64,000 nt of DNA, taken from NCBI GenBank assembly GCA_002269645.1, contig NIVC01000566.1:436189-500188 (forward strand), given 5' to 3'. Origin of the DNA: Macrostomum lignano. Lineage: Eukaryota. Below are positions 1-11,300 of this stretch, piece after piece; within the stretch, counting starts at the first letter, position 1; each line of letters begins with the position of its first letter. Both the position numbers and the translations under genes were made by a program. Below the pieces are notes generated by a model. It ran no database searches. It was not told the origin of the DNA and saw nothing but the letters and a program-made list of their open reading frames with translations.

Positions 1-167
1 GGTTGGCGCGTGCATGGCTAGAGGGTTGAATGTACGCCGATATAGAATGACAGAGATATAGAAGGCCAGCCCCGCAATGCACACAAATACTCAATAGCTA
101 GTAAATACAGCACTGAGAGCTGCTAAGGGGCAAGCCTACAACATGTATATAAAGTATACCTTTCGAA

Positions 168-205
168 TTTTTTTTATTAGAGGCAGGGGGTTGTGTGCAC
201 CCTGG
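168..205 (-). mobile_element. 38-bp 5'-truncated SINE 3' end with A-tail
   Basis: Nearly identical to the 3' end of the SINE at 44574-44937 (attagaggcagggggttgtgtgcaccctgg). T8 tract at 168-175. Flanked by direct repeat cctttcgaa at 159-167 and 206-214. Confidence 0.8.
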
Positions 206-1445
206 CCTTTCGAAAGTCATCAGTAAATTTTTCAGTCTGTACTACTTGCACTAGCGTTCAAAAAAGAGCAAGCAGTCGAATAAGTACGAGCGTATTAGAT
301 ATTAAATGAAAAAGTAAGAAAACTAAAGCTGCTCTGATGAGCCATCCCACTCAAACAAAAGTTTGAATGTTTCGGGAAAGTTCCATATATGTATATAGTC
401 TCATGAGTTAAAAATTTTTTTAATCCATCAAATTTTAGCAAGCGCTTCTGGGGCATGAACTGAAAAAGTTGACGCGACGGACGCGTCTAGCTATATGAGC
501 TATTGTAGTTTCTATATTTAGCGAGAGCATGCTTTGAGTAAAATGTTTGTAGTGATATTCTTGTAAGTAGTAGTATATGTTAATAACTGTGCGAGCTCTA
601 CAAGAGTCTGTAACTTGTTACTAACATATACGAGCTAATTTCTTGCTGGTTTCACTATCGGAAAATTAATACGTGTGTGACGATTTTATAGGCCTTTTCT
701 TTTGCTAATGTTGATGAGTTGTGTAGCAGCAGGATGTACATGTACAGTATGAAGAATTGTAGTAAAATGAAGTATAGGCGAATTACAGGGAGCTGTCGAA
801 AATACTGTCGAAAATCTGCGAAATATTTAATATATTTATCTATTAAGTATTAGAGCCAACACAAAGCCAAGAGCGACGAGCGACAAACCAGACAAACAGC
901 TTCAAGGAAATTCAAAACGTTTTTATAGTCATTTGAAATTTGAATATTAAGATTTAAACTAAGTAGTGAAAACTTTATCTGATTAATAGGTCCACGAGTA
1001 CGTGCGCAAATACAATTAATGAGTAGCAGATTTAAATACCAATAATTTTGCAAACGATGTACAAGAACTCAAACCGTTACAGGTGCGTCAATCACAAGAC
1101 TTACTCGTACTGCGGTAATAAAATTAGCACCTGTTTAAATTTCCTATTTGCGAAAATTTAAAGAGCTTTAAGTCAAGTCAATTTCAAGCCAAACTGAAGC
1201 TCACAGTGAGAATTTTATATATTTTATTTACACATTCGGCTTATTATTAGTCCAATAAAAATTATTATATTGGAGCAACTTTAAACTTGCCTAATTTCAT
1301 AGTAGATAAGCAAAATTAAAAGAAGAACGAAAATATCACTATATTTTCGTGGTGTAAGACCAAGATGGCCACACACCAAGATGGCCACAGCTGGGGTGGG
1401 GGTCACGGAAAATGGCAACGGGTTTTCTAAGCACTTAGATACAAA

Positions 1446-2219
1446 ATGGCAGGCGCATATTCATGTGTGGTCTGTCTGCAGCCAGTTTGCGATGGACAAG
1501 AAGCAATTGAGTGTTCTCAATGCTTGAATTGGCCGCACCGTGCATGTGATAGTCGCGTCACAATCGATCAGTATTCTGCAATGAGAAATGTCGGTGAGTT
1601 TTTCTGGCTTTGCAATCAATGCAATAGACAGGCTCCTGCAGGTAACTTAGCAGTGTCTCAAGCTGCAGTGGTACATGTACAAGCCCCGAATTCTGGACCA
1701 GCGGCTGTTCCTCTGCCTGCTGAAAATCCAGAACCAGTGCATTTGATTCCGGCACAAGCAGAAAATTTTCTTTACCAGTATCCAGATTTCAATGACCCTG
1801 ATCCAGCTCTGGAAGAATCCATTCAAATTCCTCCAGCAGAGCTTGCACTGCCCCGCAGCCCACCTCCGCAGCCCTTTGAGATTCTTACAGTTGCAGGATG
1901 CAGTCACGGAAAAGACCTTCTAGTGCAGTATGCCCAACGAGACCTTGGCCATCTGATGGATGAAAAAACGCGGCGAAATGGCAACACGTACTATCGCTGC
2001 ACTAAGCATTTATCACTGCACTGTCATGGCTCCGCAGTCCGCCGTGCTGATGGAACCATAGAAGCCCTTGCTCCGCACACGTGCGATCTGCACAAGGGCC
2101 TGCAGCCATCTGCACACTCAGCCTGTCTGGCAGGTACAGCAGCCTGCAGACGAGGAGGCTTAAAACCTAATCAACTACCCAAGCCGCCCACCCACATCTA
2201 TTGCCATTTCAGATCATAA
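1446..2219 (+). CDS. PHD finger + FLYWCH-like zinc finger protein (transposon-encoded; 3' part probably spliced or truncated)
   Basis: CVVC..CSQC..WPHRAC..WLCNQC fits the PHD C4HC3 pattern. TYYRCTKHLSLHC..HTC resembles FLYWCH. ORF starts 54 bp inside the left TIR. Confidence 0.7.
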   Translation: MAGAYSCVVCLQPVCDGQEAIECSQCLNWPHRACDSRVTIDQYSAMRNVGEFFWLCNQCNRQAPAGNLAVSQAAVVHVQAPNSGPAAVPLPAENPEPVHLIPAQAENFLYQYPDFNDPDPALEESIQIPPAELALPRSPPPQPFEILTVAGCSHGKDLLVQYAQRDLGHLMDEKTRRNGNTYYRCTKHLSLHCHGSAVRRADGTIEALAPHTCDLHKGLQPSAHSACLAGTAACRRGGLKPNQLPKPPTHIYCHFRS

Positions 2220-3404
2220 CAAGTTAAAAAAGCCAAAAAAAATCCGCACTTACTTATTTATACTGCACCCATTGCTATAATTTGCTTGAACTTTGTCATA
2301 TATCCATGCCACCCGTACCTTATTGCCATTTCAGATCATAACGAGTTAAAAAAGCCAAAAAATCCGCACCTTCTTAGTTGCTGCAACCAATATAGCCCTG
2401 GAGCATATTTAAGAATCACCGTGCACATTTCTTGCCAGACATTACACTTTGTTTTACGCTCAAATTTGGGATGGGGGGTTCATTGCGTCGCACTTACAGA
2501 GCAAGCAGCCTTTACTTGGGCTAGTCACTGCATGTATGTGTGACTCAGTGCACTTCTGCCTCCGTAATTCATCATCATCCCATCATCCCCATCATTATGC
2601 ATGATATTATATGAGCTACGTATACGAGCTATTAAAATGCAGATATGAGATACCTTTTGCACCCACGTTCGCAGAACAGGCCTGATGAAAGATTTCATAG
2701 AAAAACAATTTATTCATTGCTACAAGCTACAAGCTGTTGTCAATCCGTTGGTATCTAGAAATAATATGAAATATCGTGAATGGGTGGCAACTGATGCAGT
2801 TTTTTATTTTTGATTTCCACTTCTATTGAGTTCACATACGACCCGTATTCTGTTGTTTAAGTTGAATACAAAAGGTAGGCGGGGTTGCTGTCAATTCAAG
2901 CTTGAATGAGCAAAGAGTTAATTTATGGTCAAACAGTCCTCACAGTGCTCCCCTAGTGGTGGTGATGCCTCACGGATCGTTACACTCAAGCCAACCCTAG
3001 AGCAACTTTTTTTCAATCTTGGCCTATACTGATACGATACGATTGGAAGTCATAAATACAGTCTAAATAACTGACTGGCTTGCGTGGAGATAAAAATCTA
3101 TCTATATAAAACAGCTCACCTCAAATCAGCCATATCGTTATTTTTCGTTGCAATCTTTTTTCAGTTTCAACATTTTTAACCAACTGCTATGGTTGGTAAC
3201 CATGATAACAATCTGGCTCGTAAATAAATAACTCAATATAGTGACTTTGCATGCAGCACTTAGCATGAAGCTTAGATATGAGATGCATGTATTTTTCAGC
3301 AAGTACATACCCAAGAAATGCAAGGCTTCAACCAAAGTCTAACAATTCTGAAATCTCGTCAAAATAAGCCGAACCTCTAAATACATGTACAGATACAAGT
3401 CTGA

Positions 3405-3925
3405 TACAAACAGAAGAGAGAAGTGATCAGATAGGAGAGATGAAAGAGGAGAAAGGAGAGATGAGAGAGCAGAGATGAGAAATGAGGCAGTAGAGCTAGA
3501 ACAGAGGAGAGAGGAGAGAGGAGAGGGAAGAGATTATAGAGACGAGTGGAGAGAGAAGAGAAATATGTGAGAGCAGACATGAGAGACAATGGGAAAGAAG
3601 TGGAATGAAGGAGAATAAAGGGGGAGAATCAAGAGGGCAGGAAGAGAGGGGAAGGGAGAGAAGAGAGATGAGAGGAAATAGAAGAATGGAGAAGGGAGAG
3701 AATAGAAAGGAGAAAAGAGATGGGAGAGCAGGAGAGATGAGAGATGAGAGGGAGGAGAGAGTAGAGAGGGGAGGTGAAAGAGTAAAGGGGAGAAAGTTGA
3801 GAGAAGAGTTGGGACTGGGAGAGTTGGGAAAAAAGAGGAAAGATGTTAAAGGAGAGTACAGATGAGAGATGAGAGAGAGGAGATAAGACAGGAAATAAAT
3901 AATAAGAGAGAGGGTCGAGAGTATA
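3405..3925. repeat. GA-rich polypurine low-complexity tract (others at about 4650-4870, 4950-5095, 5280-5750)
   Basis: Almost pure A/G on the + strand; produces spurious S/L/P-rich ORFs. Confidence 0.9.
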
Positions 3926-3959
3926 GAGGGAACTTTGCACTGACCTACGAGGTGCGAAC

Positions 3960-4620
3960 AAACACGAGAAATCAAACTGAAATGTGCTAATTTTAACAGT
4001 CCCAGACTTCCATTGTTCCTACAAAATTTTAAACAGCGGGGCAGGACCTCCTGCAGGCAGACCCATAGAAATTTTTCCGGTTTCCAAGATAATATTGACT
4101 TATAGGGAATAAACACATACCGTACGAGCTCAAATTTGAGCTCAAAGTTCGAGCTCAAATCCTAAATATTTAAACATCACCACATGAGCACGGAGTCACA
4201 ACATAGTTTGAATATAATGGAAAGCGTACGTAAATAAGCGAAAAGCGGTATCCAACGGGGCAACACGAGCAAACTTTTAATACGCTAATTGGGAGGGGAT
4301 TAAGCAATCACGGGCTGACTACCATTCTGCCACTCAGCGGGGGTCAGCGGGAGACTAACTCCTAATAAATAAATTTTCTCAGTCCTATAATCTTTAATGG
4401 CATGACACGGCCTTCACACATGGGGGCTCCAAGGCCTCCACGCACCTTCCAGTGATTTTAGAATAGTCTTTGGCTCTTAGCAAAGACAGCGCACTGCCCC
4501 CATCTACCAGAAGGTGGGTGGGCACATTCTCGATTGAATATTCTACAACAATATCTCTCCCGCGTTGCCTTCTAGCTGGCCTCAGCTGGTACAAGTCGGC
4601 ACTTTTTCAAACATAGGCTT
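3960..4620 (-). mobile_element. Degenerate Ty3/Gypsy pol fragment (aspartic protease + start of RT)
   Basis: ORF 4394-4594 has VPTHLLVDGGSALSLL (retropepsin-like LVDxG). Downstream minus-strand ILETGKIS..APL..KSGTVKI..DF resembles the Gypsy RT N-terminus. Stops and frameshifts present. Confidence 0.55.
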
Positions 4621-7177
4621 CTTTCCTATGTTTGCTATCTATCTTTCCTATCTTTCCTTCTTTCCTAAGGGGAGAGAGTGGAGACCAGAGATAAATGAGA
4701 AGAGAGAGCAAAGATGAAAGAGAAGAGAGGTGAGGGAAGATTGACAAGAGAAGATGGGAGAGAGGAGATAGGAAAGAAGAGAAGAGAAGAGAGAGAAGAG
4801 AGAGAGAGAAAACAAAAGAGAAGATAGAAGTTTCAAAGGATCCGAGGGACATAGAGAGAGACAGGAGGCCAGAGATTTTGCCGATACATGTTTTCAAAAA
4901 ACAAGTTTTTGTTTGAGTATGACTTCAGATTTTAGAACTAGATATAAGCTGAGCTGAGAGAGAAGATGAAAGTAGAGGCTGAGAGTAGAGAGAGGCTGAG
5001 AGCAGAGGGGCTGAGAGTAGAGATGGGCTGGGGATAGAGAGGTTGAGAGTGGATAGATGCTGAGAGTAGAGAGGTTGAGAGTAGAGAGGCTAGTTCACGT
5101 TGTTCTCAATCCCATTCCACTATACATGTAGTTTTTATCTAATGTGACTAAGCCAGGTGCTTTTAGTGCAGGGGTTGGCAAACTTTTTACCTCAATTGAG
5201 AACCCAGCTCATGACTGCCCTTCTATAGTCCGCTTTGTTGGCCCCCAAAGCAAAGCGAGGAGTCCTGATGACAGCGGGCCAGAGGTGAGGAGAGAGGGTA
5301 AGGAAGAGAGAAGAGAAATACAAGCATAGGATAAAGGAGAGGCGAAGGAATAAAGGAGAAGAGAGTTGATGAGAGGAGAGATTAAATACGAGCGGAGAGA
5401 GAGGAGAAGGGAGATTAATGGAGAGGAGAAAGGAGGGAAGGGAGAAGAGAATGAAGAGGAAAAGGGAGATGAGAACAAAGAGGTGAGGAGAGAGGAGAGG
5501 ATAGAGATAAGGAGAGAGGAGAGGAGAAAGGTGAGGAGAGGAGAGAGGAGAGGGCAGAGATGAGAGAGGAGAGGGCAGAGATGAGGGAGAGAAAATATGA
5601 GAGGAGAGGGCAGAGATGAGAGAGAAAAGAGAGAAGAGGGTAAACATAAGAGAGAATGGATGAGAGAGGAGAGGACAAGAGATGAGAAAGAGAAAAGATT
5701 AGAGACTAGAGTGCAGAGATGAGAGAAAAGATCAGAGATAAGAGGGCACTCCAATTTTTGCTTACTTCTATCATAACTAATACCTTTAACCTCTACCTTT
5801 AACTTTTAACATATACAAACAACATGTCAGTTTTAGTATATTGAAGATAGGTTTGAAACTATTATCCATGATACAAAAACCAAATGTCTTGTGCTAGTAG
5901 TGCTACTAGCTTTAGTAGGTAGTAATACCTGCTATAAAGGGAAGTGTTTTTTGTTTTACTTAGTCTAATTTCACTAACGAAATCTGTCTTCTCCGAGACT
6001 TGAAGCTAGGTCATACCCCACCCCAATCACAGCCAATAGGAAATGAGGAAATATATAGACCTATTCCTATCCAAGCAGCCATTCAGAGCTGTGGCCATCT
6101 TGGTGTGTGGCCATCTTGGTCATGCGCCATGGTAAATTTTCAGCTTGCGTAAAATCATAGTTGAAATGCCAGAGAGCTGAATGTTTCATCTTAAATTTAT
6201 AATTTGTCTTTTACCAGCCTAATATTGAAATTTTTTATGTATGTGACCACTTAAATTCTAATTATGATAACAGGCTATTGCTATGTGATTGTATAGAAGA
6301 GTAGATTAAATTGTAGTAGAAAGTAAAAAAATCTTAAGTGTATGTCTGTTACATATAAATTTACTTCTTAGATATTAGTATGTATTTACAGAGGTACTGG
6401 TATCTATTTAAGTAGGTTTCTTACATTTACTTATGTTATACTAATTTTCCATCATTCATTTAATTCTTTTTTCTTCAAATTAGTCCAACCTATTCTAGAC
6501 GCAACTTAATCTTTTTTCCAAGATTATATTAGTTTCAAAGGAACCTAGTCAATTGAAGCATAGATTTTCATATATATTGATTAAAATTCTTAAATGGCTA
6601 TTTTGATAACTTAAAATATTAAAAACCATAAGGAATAAATACCATCTTTCGCATAGAAAGTTTTTGCGGCGCTGTTTTTGCGCTCTGTCATTATGGCACA
6701 TAATGAATCATATTAAATAGGTATTAAAATATTTCTTAAAAAATATTTGCCAACTTTTCAATAAGCCTAATAGCTCCATAATGTTACAAATTGTCTTATA
6801 GGTTCAATATACTCGTAGAACTCTAAGATATTTTAAGAATTTTCTTCACTGACAATTTTGTAAACTATAACCAGTGTACCATTTGCAAATTAATTGACTA
6901 AATCCAAAAGTATTTGTGCCTTGTGAATGAGATTTAATATAATTCCTGAGTATTTTATTGTCTGTTCTATTTAGTCTGATATTCAGGTTCCTACTTTTCA
7001 TAGTACCAGACAGAGTAGTGGTTCAATAGGCTAGCAGGAAGCTGATTTTCTTTCCTATTTTTATCATCGAATTTGGGATATAGTCAGACAGTCATTCACT
7101 CAGAGAGGAAGCCTACCATTCTCTAATTACCTAGTTGGAATTTTATTGCTAACAAACTTATACATTTATGTGCCATC

Positions 7178-8329
7178 ATGAGGCTGCGATTGTTGCCACT
7201 AATGCTTGCAACCTGCCTGAGCCTGATGGCTGCGGTGTACCATTTTAGTGCGAAGACCTCAGTGCTGCAGCTGTCAGCCGCTTGGATTGTCAACCAGTCT
7301 GAAGCAAATTTGCTAGTTTTTAAGGCTCAAGCGCCGACCTACGCCATGCCCCTGGATATTGAAGCTCTGAGACTGAACTTCTCGAAGCTGAAGGATGCCA
7401 CCAAGCGGCACAGCGGGCCGCACAGAGGCCGGCTGGACCAGATGATGTTGAACTACGTGCCGGTGTTCAGCACCACAGAGTGGATGCTGCGCAGCCCTAG
7501 CGGCAGGCGCTTCACCATAGCGGAGGTCCAGGCTGTTGCCAAGTCCACCATTCGCCCGGGAGTTCCGGTGCCAAATGTTGCCCACTTTGTGCTCCCCTTC
7601 GGCGACACCCAGCTGCAGTTCCACCACATGGTCAGCCTCCTCAGCTGCCTGCACGTGATGAAGCCACATCGCCTGATGCTGTGGTACGCTCCCGGCAGGC
7701 TGCCCACTGGACGGTGGTGGGACCGAGTGAGGAAAAACCTCACCGAAGTGGAGTGGGATGAAAGGATTGTCATGGTGCAGAGGCCGGTCCCCAAATCGGT
7801 GTACTCGGTGCCAGTTCACGGCAGAGAGCACCAGTCGGATGTGATGAGGCTGGAGGCCGTGCTCATATTTGGCGGCGTGTACCTGGATATCGACGTGCTC
7901 GTGCTGAAGCCGCTGGACCCTCTGCGGAAGTTCGACTTCACCATCGGTAGAGAGGTTTCCTACGGTCTGTGCAACGGCATCTTCATGTCGGCTCCGAGTG
8001 CAACTTTTCTGGCCATGTGGCACACTGCATATCAGGTGTTCGATGATAACGCTTGGGGCGACCACTCTGTGAAGCTGCCGCACTCGATGCAGCTGGCGTT
8101 CCCGGATCTGTGCCACGTGGAGGAGGACAGCCTGGACCGCCCGAACTGGACTTCGGAAGAGGTGGTCTGGATCTACGGGATCGGGCAGCAGCACCACTGG
8201 GACTGGCGGAGAAAGAACTACGCTGTTTACCTGTACGGCAAATTCAACAATGAGAACTTGTCTAGCGTAAGAAGCCTGAACTCCATGTACGGGGAAATGT
8301 GCCGCTACATTCTTTTTGGGAGCAGCTGA
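7178..8329 (+). CDS. Glycosyltransferase with DxD sugar-binding motif (GT32 / alpha-1,4-glycosyltransferase-like), type II membrane, single exon
   Basis: 383-aa GC-rich ORF, N-terminal hydrophobic anchor, VPNVAHFV and HQSDVMRLEAVLIFGGVYLDIDV motifs. Confidence 0.88.
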   Translation: MRLRLLPLMLATCLSLMAAVYHFSAKTSVLQLSAAWIVNQSEANLLVFKAQAPTYAMPLDIEALRLNFSKLKDATKRHSGPHRGRLDQMMLNYVPVFSTTEWMLRSPSGRRFTIAEVQAVAKSTIRPGVPVPNVAHFVLPFGDTQLQFHHMVSLLSCLHVMKPHRLMLWYAPGRLPTGRWWDRVRKNLTEVEWDERIVMVQRPVPKSVYSVPVHGREHQSDVMRLEAVLIFGGVYLDIDVLVLKPLDPLRKFDFTIGREVSYGLCNGIFMSAPSATFLAMWHTAYQVFDDNAWGDHSVKLPHSMQLAFPDLCHVEEDSLDRPNWTSEEVVWIYGIGQQHHWDWRRKNYAVYLYGKFNNENLSSVRSLNSMYGEMCRYILFGSS

Positions 8330-11300
8330 AGCCCCTCAGTTCGCTTTATAGGTTCATGTCTAGTGTTCAGCAGTATTTTTGCAACTATTCATTTTCAGCA
8401 GTTGTGTATGAACTTTTTTACGTTGACGCATGGAATTCTTGGCAAATATACACTTAGTCCAAGACCATATACTGTTTATTACAATCTATATTTTAATATT
8501 TTGTATAGTATTTTCTTATCGCTTCAGTTGGCAAAGGTCAATATTGACAAGCCACAAAACAAAGTCTGTTAATTGCGCTTACATAAAAATCGCTTTGATG
8601 TTGAAGACTTCTTTTGGTGCGTATTTTTATATTATAGCAATGCATACCTTTATATATTTATACCGTTTGGCGCTGCCCGTTGCTGATGCTTAATGCCGTT
8701 TATAATGCGCTTTAATGGGGCGCTTGAATATTTGCGAATCATATGCTTTGCTTGACTACGAGTACACTGCATTTTGAGGTAAAAGAAAGAAATATTAATG
8801 CACAAAAGAATTAATTCGTATCGTTTGATGACCTTAATCGCACCACCAGAGTGGTTTGACTCTCGGCTATTTGACCTCGCGCTTAGAATCAAGACATTTT
8901 CCTTTCATCAAATCTGATCTCTGGGCTTTGCTAGCATATATGAAGTGTAGAACTTCCACCTCGCGGTTGTGGCGTGTTGGGTTCGTGTTTGTAGCTTTGC
9001 TCAGTGAGTGCTTGCCGCACTTGTCTCTTTCTCTCTCTCGTTTACTTCGTGCGCTATTTCTATGCCCTTTCATATTCAGATTTGTACTTGCACATTTGTG
9101 CATGCTTTTAACCCCAAATATTATTGATTGAATATTTATCGTTGCACCTGCCCTACCGTACGCTTATTATCAATAAAAAGGTTTGCCTATGGGCTATCGT
9201 TTCCTCACCTCTTTTCGCTTGCAATTATGACTTGACTTGTCAATGTGTCTAGACTAACATGTGGGATCGATAGTTTTAAAGGTTCTCAAAATGTCGGCTC
9301 CTGAGTCAGAGTCAGGCTCTCGCATCTCTCAGAAGTAGCTCGGGGCATAGATCCTATATTCCTACAATCGTGTATATAGGAGGTTGCGCGCCTGTCGAGT
9401 TAAGCGGCTAAATATGTTTGCTTGCGCCTCCTTTTGATTTCAATTAGCCTTTCAACTTTACTGGCTTTACTGTTCAATCGAAAGTTTAGAACACAAGTTT
9501 TTGTTCGAACGATAGTTGTTAGGCCGCCAGTTTGCTCGCTCGCAAGTTGGCCCATTTCTACTTTTCCGCACTTATATTTATACAACAAAATTTGCCTCAG
9601 TCAGCGTTATTTCAAACCAATAGCAATTGTAGCAAAAGAGTTCTAGATCAACGCAATTGCAAGAAAGTCTGGGAATTATTTATTTGGTGCGAAAGTTTGG
9701 ATGCCTGCATGCCAGTTTCATGTGAACAGCGAAATCGGACACCGCCGTTGTGCGTCATTCGGTGGCTCCACCAGTGTTGCAGCTGTATCGATGTCGCAGA
9801 TTTTGGGCGCTGATCTCAGCAGTTTTCGTGAGAACCATGCAGACGTTCAGACGTTCTTAGTGCAAGCCAATTTCAGCCGGCTAAACTTTTCTAACTTTCA
9901 CTTGTGCAAACAATTGAGCGTGGGAAGCACAATGAACTCCTGCTGAACTGGTCTTGCTGTCCAGCCTCGCCAGGTGACTCGACCAGGTGACACGACCAGG
10001 TGACCTAGCCTATCCCCGTTCCTAGACTTATGAGCATTTTCTTATGGCTCATAGTATATATCATCTTTGGCTCGGGGTAGCGCGTCACTCGGTATGTATT
10101 GAATTACAATATTCACTATCTAGTAAACGTTCGACCCTCTTAAACTATATATAGTCCTGGCGAGGGCCACACTGGGCGAATAGAATCGGAAAATAATGTA
10201 AATATGTATTTTCGTCTCCTTTGTTTATATATTAACCTAAATAGCTGTATCTATTTACTGTTAAGTGAACTACGTTACCGGATAATACTGGGCTTTTCTT
10301 GCTTTTAATTCTGCATGCTTAAGCGTCTCAGGGTCTCGCTAGCGCACTCCAGCAAGGAATTTATTAGTACGGTACAGAACTAACTGGAGCGTTAAATTAA
10401 AGGCCGTTTTAATCCAGTAATCCTAATCCACAGGGGCGGAACTTCCACAGTGAACCTGTTCTTGCCCAGAACTGATGAATGAAAAATATATGAACAGTGG
10501 TAGATAAGGCTAATCAGCTGAATTTAAATTGCGGTGGTTAGATTTACTAGTTGAGCAGCAGCAGGAATTGTGCACATTTCGCTCAATCGTCTGCCAACTG
10601 GTTGTGCCAACCGATAATTTTCCGTATACTTTAACGTGTACTCGGTCTTACTTGACTTAGCTGCAGCAGGCATCATCCGGCGGATGCAGCGTGGAGGTGA
10701 AGGGGACGACCACTCATTCCCCTATACCCTAGCGACTAAAAACGTCCATCGAAGTGATGTCGCTCATGGGGCGATCGTCTGTCTCGCCTACAGCGCGATC
10801 CTCCTCACCAGCAGTTGGGAAGAAATCAGCTTGAGGTACCGGGCTAGCAGCGGTATGCTTTTGGGCCAGCAAACGTCGAAGAGAACCGGTTCTGGCCCGA
10901 GGTGAGTGAGCCTGGCTATGGTGAAGACCGGAAAATGGCATATTAAAGTGTTCAGCGTTCTCAATATATATTAAAAGTGGCATCTCAGGGACCTGGACCT
11001 GATCTGGAAACGACGGTGGCGACAGATGCCCGGAGAGGGCCATCATGCTGACTGCTCTAAGATTGAGCCTGATTAGGGCTCTATGCAGCATGGGAGAGGG
11101 GCAGGGGACGGCAGCAGTGGACCCCATTGTTTTGTGACGTTGCCCGTTTAAAGTGGTCCCGCAAAAGGGCCGTTGGACTATAATTTCCCTACAATTTCTC
11201 ATTTAAAATTTCCAATTGTGTATTCTCACGTTTACTTGTAGTAGCGCGCAACGAATCTGTATTAATTGCAAAATCACTGCGTACTTTGTAATCTTTGCGT

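Larger units (their letters stand above)
1351..6128 (+). mobile_element. TIR DNA transposon, Mutator-like (PHD + FLYWCH), probably non-autonomous
   Basis: Perfect 35-bp inverted repeat GACCAAGATGGCCACACACCAAGATGGCCACAGCT at 1358-1392 and 6087-6121, extending with mismatches to 1351/6128. Internal PHD-FLYWCH ORF. No TSD or DDE domain seen. Confidence 0.6.

Noticed and set aside
3377-5754. S/L/P-rich and E/R/G-rich ORFs
   Set aside because: Translations of GA-rich low-complexity tracts.
9400-9950. hAT-like VHCASH motif on the minus strand
   Set aside because: Single short motif with no other transposase blocks or termini.
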